The notes beneath the pieces were generated by a model. The model was not told where the DNA came from and ran no database searches. It saw only the letters and a program-made list of their open reading frames with translations. Of a DNA stretch of 64,000 nt, positions 37,690-49,469 are shown one piece after another. A program made the position numbers and the translations under genes. Position 1 is the first letter of the stretch, and each line of letters starts with the position of its first letter. The stretch is from Octopus sinensis (Eukaryota): contig NC_043021.1 in assembly GCF_006345805.1 (NCBI RefSeq), positions 24,428,001 through 24,492,000 of the forward strand, given 5' to 3'.

Positions 37690-38610
37690 AAGATACAGGT
37701 GAGGTTAAACATACTCTCCGGGGACATTTCTGTGTTAGACTGAAAAGAGAAGAGGGAGCTCAAGAGTGAACAAAATACAGGGTACTGAACAGGAAGTATG
37801 ATATGGAAAAAAAGGGGCCTGAAAGTGGTGATGGAGGAACTGAAACAACGCCTCGTTACAAAGAAGGCAAAGATGATAAGATATGACTAAAGAATGAATG
37901 GATACCAGCAGGATAGGTTATTCAGAATAGATCAGAAGAGATTCTACAGATATAAATGGAGAGTGTACAGATGAAATGTTGATACCAGCTAACATTGAAA
38001 GTCAAAGGTTTTAGAGTGATATCTGGAGCAAAGATAAGGAGCACAAGAAGGATGCTGAATGGTTGCAAGAACTGAAACAAACAGTAGTCTGTTCACAACA
38101 GGCAGAACTAGTCATTTCAGTTACGGATGTGGAGGAAATCGGCAAAAGAAAAAAATAGGCAACTGGAAGGTCCCGGGACCAGAGGGAGTTCAAGGCTACT
38201 GGATCAAAAGATTTCGTGAATGTCATGCATGAATAGCTGCACAACTCAACACCTTGTTAAATGCCAATCAAGTAACACCAGAGTGGTTGACATTGGGTGG
38301 GTATTGCTGTACTTGAAAAACATCGAAAAAGGAAATACGATTATTGTAAGGCGTACGATATGAGGAATGTTGGAACCTATTGCATCGAATGTTGAGCGAT
38401 TGCTTGTAAAAAGTATGGCGAAGTGGTGGATGGAACTGACAGCATAAACAGTTTTGTCTATCAGGAGTTGAACAAATAGGGGCTGCAATAAGGGTGTAGA
38501 ACTTGCAGAAAACAGCAGTGCTTGGAACCGCTCCAATACTCCGAACGGTACTCGAAAAAATAAGGACTGTTACCTTAGTTCACTGGTAGTGAACAGCTGA
38601 CACCGAAGAA
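37690..38610 (+). mobile_element. R4/Dong, third subfamily, internally deleted
   Basis: KGLKVVMEELKQRLVTKKAK..YQQDRLFRIDQKRFYR..NWKVPGPEGVQGYWIK (pre-RT region), then a jump to QKTAVLGTAPILRTVLEK* C-terminus. Confidence 0.75.
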
Positions 38611-38619
38611 GCTGTACAA

Positions 38620-40570
38620 AGAAGAAGAACATTTTCCAGGGTGACTCTCTATCAACATTCCTCTTTTGTCAAGCTTCAATGCCTCTCTCAATTTTGCTCG
38701 ATGATGTACAATGCGGCTATAAAATGTTTGATAAAAATATAAATCATCTCATTTACATGGATGATTTAAAGCTCTTTGCAAAAAATGACCAACAACTACA
38801 GGGCATACTAGCAATTGTTAAACAATTCAGTAATGACATCAGAATGCAATTTGGCCTCGATAAATGTGCAAAAGCTACCTTTACCAAACAAAAAATGACA
38901 GACATCCAACGTTAATCTTGACCAGTAGAATGTCATAAAGGAGTTAGAACCAGCGGAGAGCTACAAATACTTCCGGGTATTTGAAGATGATGGAATCAAA
39001 CATTTAGTGATGAAGTAAAAGGATTAGAAGAGAATGCTATCGCAAGGAAAGAGCAAGACAGAGATGAATGCAAGAAACAGGATCGAAGCGATCAATACTT
39101 TAGCCATACTGGTCGTGACTTTCAGTTTCAATATCATTAACTGATCAATCACTGAAATATGTAATCTTGACAGAAAAATACGAAAATTGTTTACAATGCA
39201 TAGAAAGCACCACCCTAAGGCAGGTATAGAACGACTTTACCTACCAAGAAAAGAGGGTCGCCGTGGACTTTTACAACTTGAATTAACAACGAAGATTGTC
39301 ACAATTGGCCTAAACACCTACCTGAAAAACTCAGATGACTGGATGTTAAAACTTGTCTCAAAACATGAAAACAAGAAAGCATTATACTCAGTAACAAAAC
39401 AGGCAAAGGAATATGTAAGTGAATTCCAAATACAACAAATTCCAGAATTAGACGTACTGGAATCAAGCACAGAAAAAGCTAAGCGTATGACAATATTGAC
39501 AATATTGATAATATTGACAATATTGACTTGTATGACTTGTAAATGGCAAAGAAAACATTTCAATGGCAAATACCCAGAGAGCTAATAATGTCGATGTTGA
39601 CAAAGCCCTTACCCATCAATGGTTAGTGTCTTCTGGCTTAAAATCAGAAACAGAAGGGTTTATCATAGCAGCCCAAGATCAGTGCTTATCTATAAAGAGC
39701 TACGAGGCCAACATATTAAAGAACGGCAGTAGCCCAACATATCGTATCAACAACAAAATGAAACCATTGATCATGTTGTCTCCAAGTGCAGTCTTCTTGC
39801 GCCTACAGAGTACCTCAACAGGCATGATAGAGCTGCTCAATATATTCACTGGGTAATTTTCAAAAACATGGATTTGCCCCATGAAAAAAACTGGTGGGAA
39901 CACAATCCACCTCCATTGCTTGAAAATGATCACATCTCACTCCTCTGGAACTTCACCATTCAAACTGACAGAAAGATAGATGCAAATAGGCCAGACATCA
40001 TATTGAAAGACTTCAGACAAAAACATGCCTCCTCATTGATATGACTGACCCAATCGATATAAACGTATCTGTCAAGACCTACCAAAAACTGAGCAAATAT
40101 AAAGATCTTGAAATAGAAATCAGCAAAATGTGGAACCTGAGGAGTAAAACAATACCTGTTTATACTGAGCAAGTATAAAGATCTTGAAATAGAAATTAGC
40201 AATATATGGAACTTGAAGTCTAAAACAATACCTGTTGTTATAGCTGTCATAAGAATGATAGCAAAAGGGGCTGATTGCTACCTGACTCAAATACCAGTAA
40301 ACCCCAAAATGGCAGAATTCAAAAGATAGTGCTCATGGAAAGTGCCCATATCCTACGCAAAATACTTTGTATGTATTTCAAATTTTAAAACAAACACACA
40401 ATTTTCTTATGCTTTTTTAAACATTCTCTAGAACAACACTATGTACAGGACCAAATATATGGCACCCTAGGCATAACACCAACACGAACTTCTAATTTAT
40501 TGTCTCTTGAGGTCTCTGGGTGAGACTTGGAGCCTAGTTGTACAAATGTAAAGTAAAAGCCAAACATAAA
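38620..40570 (+). mobile_element. R4/Dong, longest copy (subfamily 1), pseudogenised
   Basis: IFQGDSLS, NHLIYMDDLKLFAK, FGLDKCAK (RT motifs), HHPKA..RLYLPRKEGRRGL, GLKSETEG, RHD, RPDII, same 3' UTR as the 2575 copy; many stops and frameshifts. Confidence 0.88.
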
Positions 40571-40597
40571 ATAATAATAATAGTTATAAACATAATA

Positions 40598-41640
40598 CAG
40601 TGGTTGGAAAAAATAATATAAACACCTTATATAGAAATGTTATTTAATACGGAGCTGTTCCATTTTTGACATCAATTACAGCTTTGATGTATTAATATAT
40701 CAACTCCGTACGTGTCCGGAACGGCTGTGAGGGCAATTCTGAGTCATAATTCTTTCTGTGTTGATGATAGAGGATAACAGTTACTTGCTGCTCAAAATGC
40801 ACCATAAATGTTCGATTATATTGCGATCTGGTGATTTAATTCAGTGATCGGCGTCACTTTTGTGGTACTAATTTTAAATAACATTAGTTGTGTGTACCAT
40901 TGCATTAATATCCGGGAAGATTGCGTTGCCATCCGGAAGCAATACTTGTACCTTCGATGGTCATGGTCAGCCGAAATGCCCAGATCATCCTTGGGATTAA
41001 CTCTGCCATGTACAGCAACTAAAGGGCCAAGAGAAAATTCCGTGATATGGATGTATACATCATCATAGCGTTACCACCATGTTTCACAATAGGGGTCAAG
41101 CAGTGAAGTTTCTTGGGCTGTCTCCAGGCATAAACTCACCCGAAAGTGTGGAAAATGGTGAATAATGATTCATTAGAGATGATGACATTGTCCATCGGGC
41201 TATTGGCCATATTTGGGTAGTCGAGACACCATTTTTACTGCTTATCAACTTTGATAAGGAGCAGGGAAGCGTTAGCAATTGCAGCCCCAAGCTCCACACC
41301 CATTGTATCTAGCTTCATAGGGCTCAAACGGTTTCGGATCAGTTTTTATTGGCCCAGATGGTGGTTTAGATCTGCCGTCCTTTTTGCAGCAGAGGTTCGA
41401 TGACTTTTTAGACAATGTATTTCGCTATTTTGCGGCACATTTCTGTGAGGTTTGCTTTGCACCCTGAATTACACTTGCCAAATCTGGTTTGACCCTGACT
41501 TGCGAGTATAAATCTGTTGAGACCGTACATCTTGAAACATTAAATAATTTAACCGTTTTAATGATTGAAGTTCCAGTCATCCAAAGTCCTACAATTAGTC
41601 CTCTTTGAAAATTAGTTTGGTCAGGCATTTTAACTTATAC
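40598..41640 (-). mobile_element. Tc1-like DNA transposon remnant
   Basis: TA|CAGTGGTTGGAAAAAATAAT terminus; minus-strand MPDQTNFQRGLIVG..LFNVSRCTVS, IISNES, VKHGG, SPDRNIIEHLW. Right terminal repeat not confidently located. Confidence 0.8.
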
Positions 41641-43059
41641 CTCGACAATAATATCTGGAAAAAGAAAATAAACAAAGACGGCGGGTCATGTCATGAAATA
41701 TATCGAATGGATCGATTTGAATTCATCACATCATCAATAAAAATGAGTCTATGTCTACAGGCGAGAAGAGTTAAAGAGTTGAAGTAAATAATACTAATGA
41801 AATAATGAAGGATATTAATTTTGCAGCTGGATCGTTCTTCAGTCACAACTGGAAGTTCCACCGTTTCAGGATCTCCTGGGGATGGGATTAAACCCACATT
41901 TTGCTAAATGCTCATCTCCAAGCTTGCGATATTCGGGATTTCATTTTCATTGCAAACGATATATGTGATTACCATTTTTACTTATTTGTTTGAGGGTGTC
42001 ATGACAACTATTGTAGTATTTTTTGCTTGGAGTTATTTATACATTTATATACTTTTTTGCGGCAAGCACTGATCTGGAGGTGTTTGGGTGAAATTTTCTA
42101 CCTGAATAACTGAATAGTCCAACCGTACACTCGTAATTATATACAGATGACTTGTCTTATTTATCGTTTATTCTCAAGAACCGAAATAACAACTTCAGTA
42201 AAAGAAACTTGACAATATCTCATGAAGAAACCGTTTTTAATACAAAAGCGACTGGTTGCAATAATTCCTTGGCATCAAATTGTTTTAAGGAAACCGATGT
42301 AATAGACACAAATACGAAGTAATAGGAAAAAAACAAAACAGAATGAACAATTTCTCTGGTATATTCCTTCATTTTCGATTAATGTGAGTACAAAATTAAG
42401 CACAAAATTGCTTTAGCTCGTAAAATAATTCATTTTTCACACGGAAATTAAGCAAAGATGATTTTATTTTTAAATTTGACTTTAATGATGTGCATTAATA
42501 ATTTTGTAATAGCTATGAAGAATAAAAAAAGAATGAAGAATTTAAATAAGTAGACGTTTGGAAACGAAGCGAGAGAGACGCAATTGATTGCACTGAGTGA
42601 AAGACGCCTCGAGGAATTTGTAATGTATGCAGTCGCTGTAAAAATACATTATAAATATAAATAGCATCGATGATATAGGTTTGACGGTGAACTAATTCAG
42701 AAGTACGATTATAACAGGGGAAGTGGAGAGGATAGGTGTACTCCACATTTCATGAAATGGCCACCTTTAGATCCCAATGTACAACTAACCAGAACAAGTC
42801 AACGAGTACATGAAGTACATTTTAGTACCAGTTTCTGTCTAAAAGACAGAAACAAGTACTAAATTGTACTTATTTAGCATTTTCTACCTGGTCTTATTTT
42901 CATTATACATATCAAGTCGTGTGTCACTTTTCTACCGTTTAATACAGGGTTCGGGGTTCAAGGTTTTGATGCATTTACACTCTAAACTACAAAACCTCCT
43001 ACAAAGGCGATGTGTGCACCACATAATTATACGAGAATAGATGGTTAAAGAAAGAACTG

Positions 43060-43540
43060 TGTTGATTCAGAAGGACCCAGCCAAGTGTGCCGTGGCCAAT
43101 AACTATCGTTCGATTGCTTGTTTAAGGATGATAGGAAGGATATTGTACGACCATCTCGAAAGAAATGAACTGTTAACAGATAAACAGAAAGGCTGAAGGA
43201 AGGGATCTTGAGGAGGAAAGGATCAGTTGCTGATTGATAAAACAATTCTTAAGAATTGCCGAAGAAGGTTGGCGAGTCAATCAGTGGCTTCGGTTGACTA
43301 TAAGAAGGCATATGACATGGTTCCTCTGTCGTGAATTCTGAAGTGCTCGGGGATGATCGGGGCAATGAAAAATTATGATTTATTTGTTGAAAATCAATAT
43401 GAGAAACTAGAAGACAGTTTTACAGCAGGTTGAAGACAGGTTGAACAAGTCGACATCAAGACGGAAATCTTTCAAGAAGGCTCCTGTTTATTGTTTGTAT
43501 GTTACCATTCTGCATGGTTCTGAGAAAGTCGTAGATAGCC
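43060..43540 (+). mobile_element. R4/Dong-type RT N-terminal fragment
   Basis: LIQKDPAK..NNYRSIACL, KQKG*RKGS*GGKDQLLIDKTILKNC, VDYKKAYDMVP. Confidence 0.8.
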
Positions 43541-44324
43541 GATGCTCCACATGGAGCAAAGGGCTTAAGTAAATAAATATATTTTAACGCACATTGTGTC
43601 CATTGATACATTTATCAAATGATAATAATCTCCATTGACCGAAGAACACAGAGTTGCCAACAAACAACCACCTTTGTTAGACTTTAGAATAATTTGCTTT
43701 TGTCAAAGCATCGTCTGTATTTCGTTTCAAGAATCTCCGCTCGTTTCTACTTCAAAAAATCGATTGACGTTTTCCATTACCAGCAAAAAGACAAAAATAC
43801 GTTACCTGAATTAATGCAAGTTAATAAACGAATAAATTATTTTCGCTTTTAGTTAATTCATTGACACTTAAAAAAGAAAAAAAAATTTCAGAAATGTGTT
43901 TGTAGATGAGATTTCAATAATAAGGTTTGTTGCAGCAACTTCATCGAGTGAACTTCAAAAAATAGCTTCCAGTAGATTTAATTTCAGGAAGAGTATGAAG
44001 TGTGCTTCACTTCCGAATACGTTGAAAACGTCAGGTGGAGGATCCTCTTCAGAGACCAAAAGAAAGACAGGATAGCGATCTGAGGAAAGTGAAGATTAGC
44101 AGAAGCTCAATGTAGTTTCGAAATGCATAAATTAGGAGAGGAAATATATAATACCGGTTCCATGGAAACAGATATAAAGATTACCATTGTCTGAGAACAA
44201 TAAAATAAGAAAGAATTTAGGAGAAACGTTGTTCAAGTAAATGATTATAGAAAATGTGGATTTGGCAGGGCCCGCAAAAATATGAATTGGTTGACTCATA
44301 ATTGGGTTCAGTTTCATTGCGTCT

Positions 44325-44545
44325 TATCTTGAAAAAGCGTCTTCTACGATAGCCTCAGGTCGATTAATGCAATGGGAGTGAATTTGGTTGACGAACACTG
44401 TTTGGATCAGCGGTTCGGTTAAAGAGACCGATAAAATAATTATGAGACTTAATAAGTACGGGTTCGTATTATTTGTTTGACTAAACACTTCAAGGTGGTG
44501 CCCCAGCATAGCCGCAGTCTAATACACAGAAACAAGTCAAAGATA
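44325..44545 (+). mobile_element. SINE family A, diverged and internally deleted
   Basis: GTCTTCTACGATAGCCTC..AGCGGTTCGG..GAGACCGAT..GGTGCCCCAGCATAGCCGCAGTC. Confidence 0.7.
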
Positions 44546-44597
44546 ACCAAAAGAACTACAACAACAACAACAACTGTCAAATGATTATTAGAAAAAG

Positions 44598-44735
44598 ATG
44601 GGGGAACGCTGCCAACAATGTCGTGCCAAGAAATGGTATTCAGAAGAACCAATTTTGTGCTGCTTGGGAAACAATTTCGCAACGTAACAAAAACCTCCTG
44701 AATTTCTACAGAATTTGCTTCTAAATAATCTTATA
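44598..44735 (+). pseudogene. Helitron Rep/Helicase N-terminal Cys-rich fragment
   Basis: MGERCQQCRAKKWYSEEPILCCLGNNFAT*QKPPEFLQNLL resembles the CxxCxAxK..E...CC..G...PP..L motif upstream of the Helitron Rep domain. Confidence 0.55.
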
Positions 44736-45344
44736 ACATAATACTTCACCGGTTATGACATTCACGAGGAACATCTTTAGGAAATGACAAAGAACAAGAC
44801 AGACTTTCCATTCTGCAGAACTAAAAACCTCAGAGATACTATTAAGACTTGCAGAATAACCATCTGCCAGTATCTGATGATTCTTTTCTCACGAATTTCA
44901 GTTGCATTCTTTCATGAATGGCAACGAAACAAAATCACAACAAATATTAACCAATAACCACGGCAGATTCAAGTTATGCAGTCATGAGGTTACACGAAAT
45001 ATTCTCCCGCCAAAACCACATGTGCGTCGATATCTTAAAATATGCGACGGGGCACAAAAAAACATCAGAATAGAAGACTCTCTCCACCCCTAACCCCATG
45101 CCTAATTACTGAACAGGATCAGAGATATATAGTGAAAATGTCCCTGGTTAAAATTCGGTGAAAATGCTTGATGACCAGCAGGAAATTTCTTTTTGTAACA
45201 AAGGTCATTTGAATGGATATGTAAAATGAACAGGGTCAGTGGCACCGCTAGACTGTAAAACATTTTAACTACGGCAGATATTGTAAGGAGCCGAGGTGAA
45301 GGATTCCACTTCGATCATTTTATGGTATAGAATAAGTAACTATA

Positions 45345-45480
45345 TATTACAGCTGAGTGGACAGAAGCAGCATGATATGAAATGTTCTGCCCAAGAGCAC
45401 AAGTCACAACCGGTCTGGAACTCGAAACCGCGATCTCGCGATCGTGAGTGCAACAACTAAACCACTGGGCCACTCGTCTT
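45345..45480 (-). mobile_element. SINE family B-like head, diverged
   Basis: CCGGTCTGGAACTCGAAACCGCGATC..CTAAACCACTGGGCCA. Confidence 0.65.
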
Positions 45481-46369
45481 CTTATATGTGCACGGCGCAC
45501 AAGCATGCATGTGCACAGCTAAGCTTGCACTTGCACTTGAGTGTATGTCTCACGTAAGAAGCACACAGGTCGTTCCAAGTTCTATGAACGGTTGTTTTAA
45601 GAATATGCATTTTAAACATTTAAGCTCCCAAATCCCACCAGAACAAGACCATTTCTAGAACTAACATAAACTCTACCAATTGTAACATTTCCTGTTTTGT
45701 ATTTTAAGATCTTGTTTGTGATACCACAATAAGGGAGGGCGATGGCAAATGTTGTGTAAACAGTGCCAGAAAGACGAAAGATGTTACAGTTATGTTTAAG
45801 AGAAATCTTAGTGAAATCCCCACTTTTTTTACAAATGGATCTCATTTGTGTCCATACATATCAGTTTCTCTTTATATCTAGTGTCTTCTTTTCTCTGTGC
45901 GTGTCTTCTTTTCTCAGTAAGATCAGATATTATTTGCCAGGGGAAGCACAGATATATTTTTTGTATTATACACCGTATATTTATGGCTCGATGTTTCTAT
46001 ATTTGTAGAAAGTTGGTTGGATTTTTCGTTCTTAATGTTAGGTCTCCGATCGCTATTTTATACACATGCTACTTAGCAGTAATTAGGATGTCTGATAATT
46101 TATTGAAACTTGTGTGAGTTTTAATGGGGATTATTTTTTTCCTCCATTTTTTATACATTTGCAAAATTCCAATTTCTGATACTAACCGTTCATGAAACGA
46201 TCTGTTACCAGTAAATCGTTGCACAAATCTAAATCAATATTAACGAAGTTAATCATGTTAACATCTAACAGATCTGTGACTTCTTTACTCACCCAAATGG
46301 AATTATTTATATGTGTGTGTGGGTGAGACATGTGTCCTAACTCATCAGACTTTTCTCTCTCTACACTTG

Positions 46370-46620
46370 AATGATCCAGGCGGTAAGTGTGATGGTGTCA
46401 ATAGAATATTTCAGCGTATGTGTTGCAGCTCTACGCTATGCGTTCAAATCCTAGCGAGGTTTCAACATGGCCACTCATTCTTTCGAGGACGATAAAAAAT
46501 ATATCGCCGTTAATCTAAGGCTGTGGATCGGTGGAGTTGTAAGACCATCGGAACAGACGTCGTGCGGTGTTGTGCTTGTTCAGGTTCTTTCTTATCTGAG
46601 TTCAAATCATGCCGTGACTT
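46370..46620 (+). mobile_element. Two diverged SINE family C-like heads
   Basis: CGTTCAAATCC..CACTCATTCTTTCGAGGACGATAAAA; TCTGAGTTCAAATCATGCCG. Confidence 0.5.
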
Positions 46621-47654
46621 ACGTGAGAGATTCCATTCGGGGACAGGTTTGCTGTGTAAGGATAAGTTTCCTCCTTCCCACTAGTCTGCGAGGCCCTGCA
46701 AAAGATTGTGGGTGCAACTGCCTTCTGTCCTGACTGAACATATTTAATTAATCAATGAGGGAATCTTTTAGTCGTTCCTGCATTGATCCTATTTAAGATA
46801 GTAGAGGGTGATTTGAGGGAGATTTGGCTGCTAACTCCAGCACAGGTGGAGCTATCAAGTACAGTAACCCTACTGCCACTTCTATTAACATCGTTGCCAT
46901 AAGTTACAACTATTGTTGCTCTTGCTGCTCCTGCTACTACCACCACCACCACCACCATCACTACTATTATATTCTATTGATGTCTTAATATGGTGATCAC
47001 GTGAATAACTTCTTTGATCTCAAAGGTAAACAAACCAACAAAACATCACCTTTAACGCCGCCATTAACACTCTCCCCCATCCTCACCACATCACTACCTT
47101 TTAGCCTCCGCCCACAACATCGCCATATCTTCTGCTCTATCTTCCCCCTCCTCCTCATCCCCCGCCTTTCCTACGCCTTCTTTCTATCTATTTCTTCTTG
47201 CCGATCCCCCACCACCACCAAAGGCGATTACGCAGGGAGTTAGAAACCTTCCTTTCTCAAAAAGTTCGACTTCATCCTCTTCTTTCCCTCCTCCTCCTCC
47301 TCATCATCATCATCATCATCTTCAGCAGCAGCGGCAGCAGCAGCGGCAGCAGCCACATCCACATCCTCGTCAAAATCGTCGTTTGTCCTCAACATCGATA
47401 TATGACAATGAAATAACGATGGAGGCACCGAGAGGCTACTCAACTTTCCAGAAATAGTATGCATTTCTACCTTAATTTCACAATCACCTGGTAATATAAT
47501 TCTGGACGTAGTAGTCACGACTGGAAAGTCTTTGATCATTAGATCTATTTATTCATTAAATCTGTTCTTGCGCTAAAGAACAGCTGTAACTACAATACCA
47601 ACAACACCAACAGTGATAGTATAGAGACTTGTTTTGACTCTCATGTTGAAGAAA

Positions 47655-48080
47655 AATATTTATTTCTTTATTGCGCACAGAAGGGTGGGGGCTAAACAGA
47701 GGGGACAAACAAGGATAGACAAAGGAATTAAGTCGATTACATCGACCCCAGTACGTAACTGGTACTTATCTAATCGATCCCGAAAGGATGAAAGGCAAAG
47801 TCAACCTCGGCTGAATTTGAACTCAGAACGTAACGGCAGACGAAATACCTATTTCTTTACTACCCACAAGGGGCTAAATACAGAGGGAACAAACAAGGAC
47901 AGACATAGGTATTAAGTCGATTACATCGACCCCAGTGCGTAACTGGTACTTAATTTATCGACCCCGAAAGGATGAAAGGCAAAGTCGACCTCGGCGGAAT
48001 TTGAACTCACAACGTAACGCAGACGAAATACCGTTAAGCATTTCGCCCGGCGTGCTAACGTTTCTGCCAGCTCGCCGCCT
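47655..48080 (-). mobile_element. SINE family C dimer
   Basis: Reverse complement of the 23517 dimer with the same junction. Confidence 0.88.
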
Positions 48081-48445
48081 TGAAGAAGAGAAATATTGAA
48101 GTGAGATGCTTTAAGTCTTGTTTTCATTATATTTAGGGGATTGGCTGAGTTATTTAGAGTCCTGGATAAAATACCCTGTTCTTTATGTTCTGGGTTCAAA
48201 TCCGGATGAGGGATTTCAACTTTACTTCTATTTTTCCAAGTTCGGGTTGGAGCAAAAGGGATGAAATTAATTAACAGTCAAAGTCATCGCAATCCTTTGG
48301 GTTTTGAGTACATTCAGAGGAAATTAAGTCTGGTGATAGCTTCAAGAAGATACGTTCGGTTCGACAACAACTGCCTCCTCCTAACGTTGGCGATCTTCCA
48401 TTTTGATGATGATGAGGGAGATGAGGATGAAGACTATGATGGTGA

Positions 48446-48479
<34 letters not shown>

Positions 48480-48803
48480 GTTGGTGGTGGTGTTGGTGGT
48501 GGTGGTGGTGGTGGTGGTGGTGGTGGTGGTGGTGGTGGTGATGATGAATGCGATTGAGGACTGACTAATATGAACGGGTGATTCAATGGTTACTAATGGT
48601 ATAGGTGAGTTGCAGGGAGGATTGGAAGGAAATAGATGAGAAGATATGGAGGAGGAGGAGGCGGCGGCAAAGATGATGATGAGAACATGGGTGTAGGCGG
48701 AGGTTAAAATGCAGCGATGGTCGGAGGAGCTGATGCCTGTAGTGTGAATAGTGATGGTTCGTTTAGCGCTTGAGATCAAACGGTTTTTGGTTTTGTATTT
48801 CAG

Positions 48804-48904
48804 GTGCAGCTGCCAAGTTGCAACAGCTTCAATCAGATGGGCTTTAGAGAATCGAGGAAGGTTATGAGAAGCAACCCCTTTACCTGGACCCTGCAAGGAA
48901 AAAG
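48804..48904 (+). CDS. Candidate internal coding exon of an unidentified host gene (VQLPSCNSFNQMGFRESRKVMRSNPFTWTLQGK)
   Basis: Acceptor TTTTTGGTTTTGTATTTCAG|, donor AAG|GTAACA; 101 nt; only one of three frames is open (phase 0 in, phase 2 out); non-repetitive and complex. No family recognised. Confidence 0.5.
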
Positions 48905-49469
48905 GTAACAAAGAAATCCCTCGCGCTCTAGCTTTTCTTCCCTTCAATGCCTTTTTCCAGATGACAAATTGATAAAAGCAAAGATGGCCTATTCTGAGAT
49001 TTGAACTCAGAATATAAAGAGACGCAATAAAATATCTCCTGTCGTTTTATTATCATTTTGTCACCAACATCAATAACACCACCGCCGCTGCCATCACCAC
49101 CACCATACCACCGGACAACCACTACTATTGCAGCAGCGCCACCACCATCACTGACTAATGACGTTTTTACTCCAAACACACGCCTTCGCAATAGATATTT
49201 GGACCTCTAAGCAGTGACTAACACTGCCACCGACTTCTCCACCACCAACAACACCGACAGCACCATTTCAACCTCCTCCACACCAACAACAAAAACCACA
49301 GCGCAAGTTCTACCACCAACTACATCACGATAACATCCACCACCACCACCACCACTATCAGTATCGTCACGCTCAGAGCAACCACTACCATGCTACCACT
49401 AATGCTACAACTACCATATCGATCACAAAACCCTGACGCTTCTGTGCTTTTTATCTATTTTGATCTGTT

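Noticed and set aside
43988-44110. TTTCAG acceptor followed by EEYEVCFTSEYVENV
   Set aside because: Donor is weak (GTGGAG) and surrounding frames contain several stops.
47240-47539. 99-aa minus-strand ORF with poly-A/D/E
   Set aside because: Half is trinucleotide repeat; no convincing splice signals or homology.
48381-48947. 188-aa minus-strand ORF with a CCTTGCAG acceptor-like site
   Set aside because: Runs into poly-T/I repeats with no donor; the overlapping + strand exon has both splice sites and is the better explanation.
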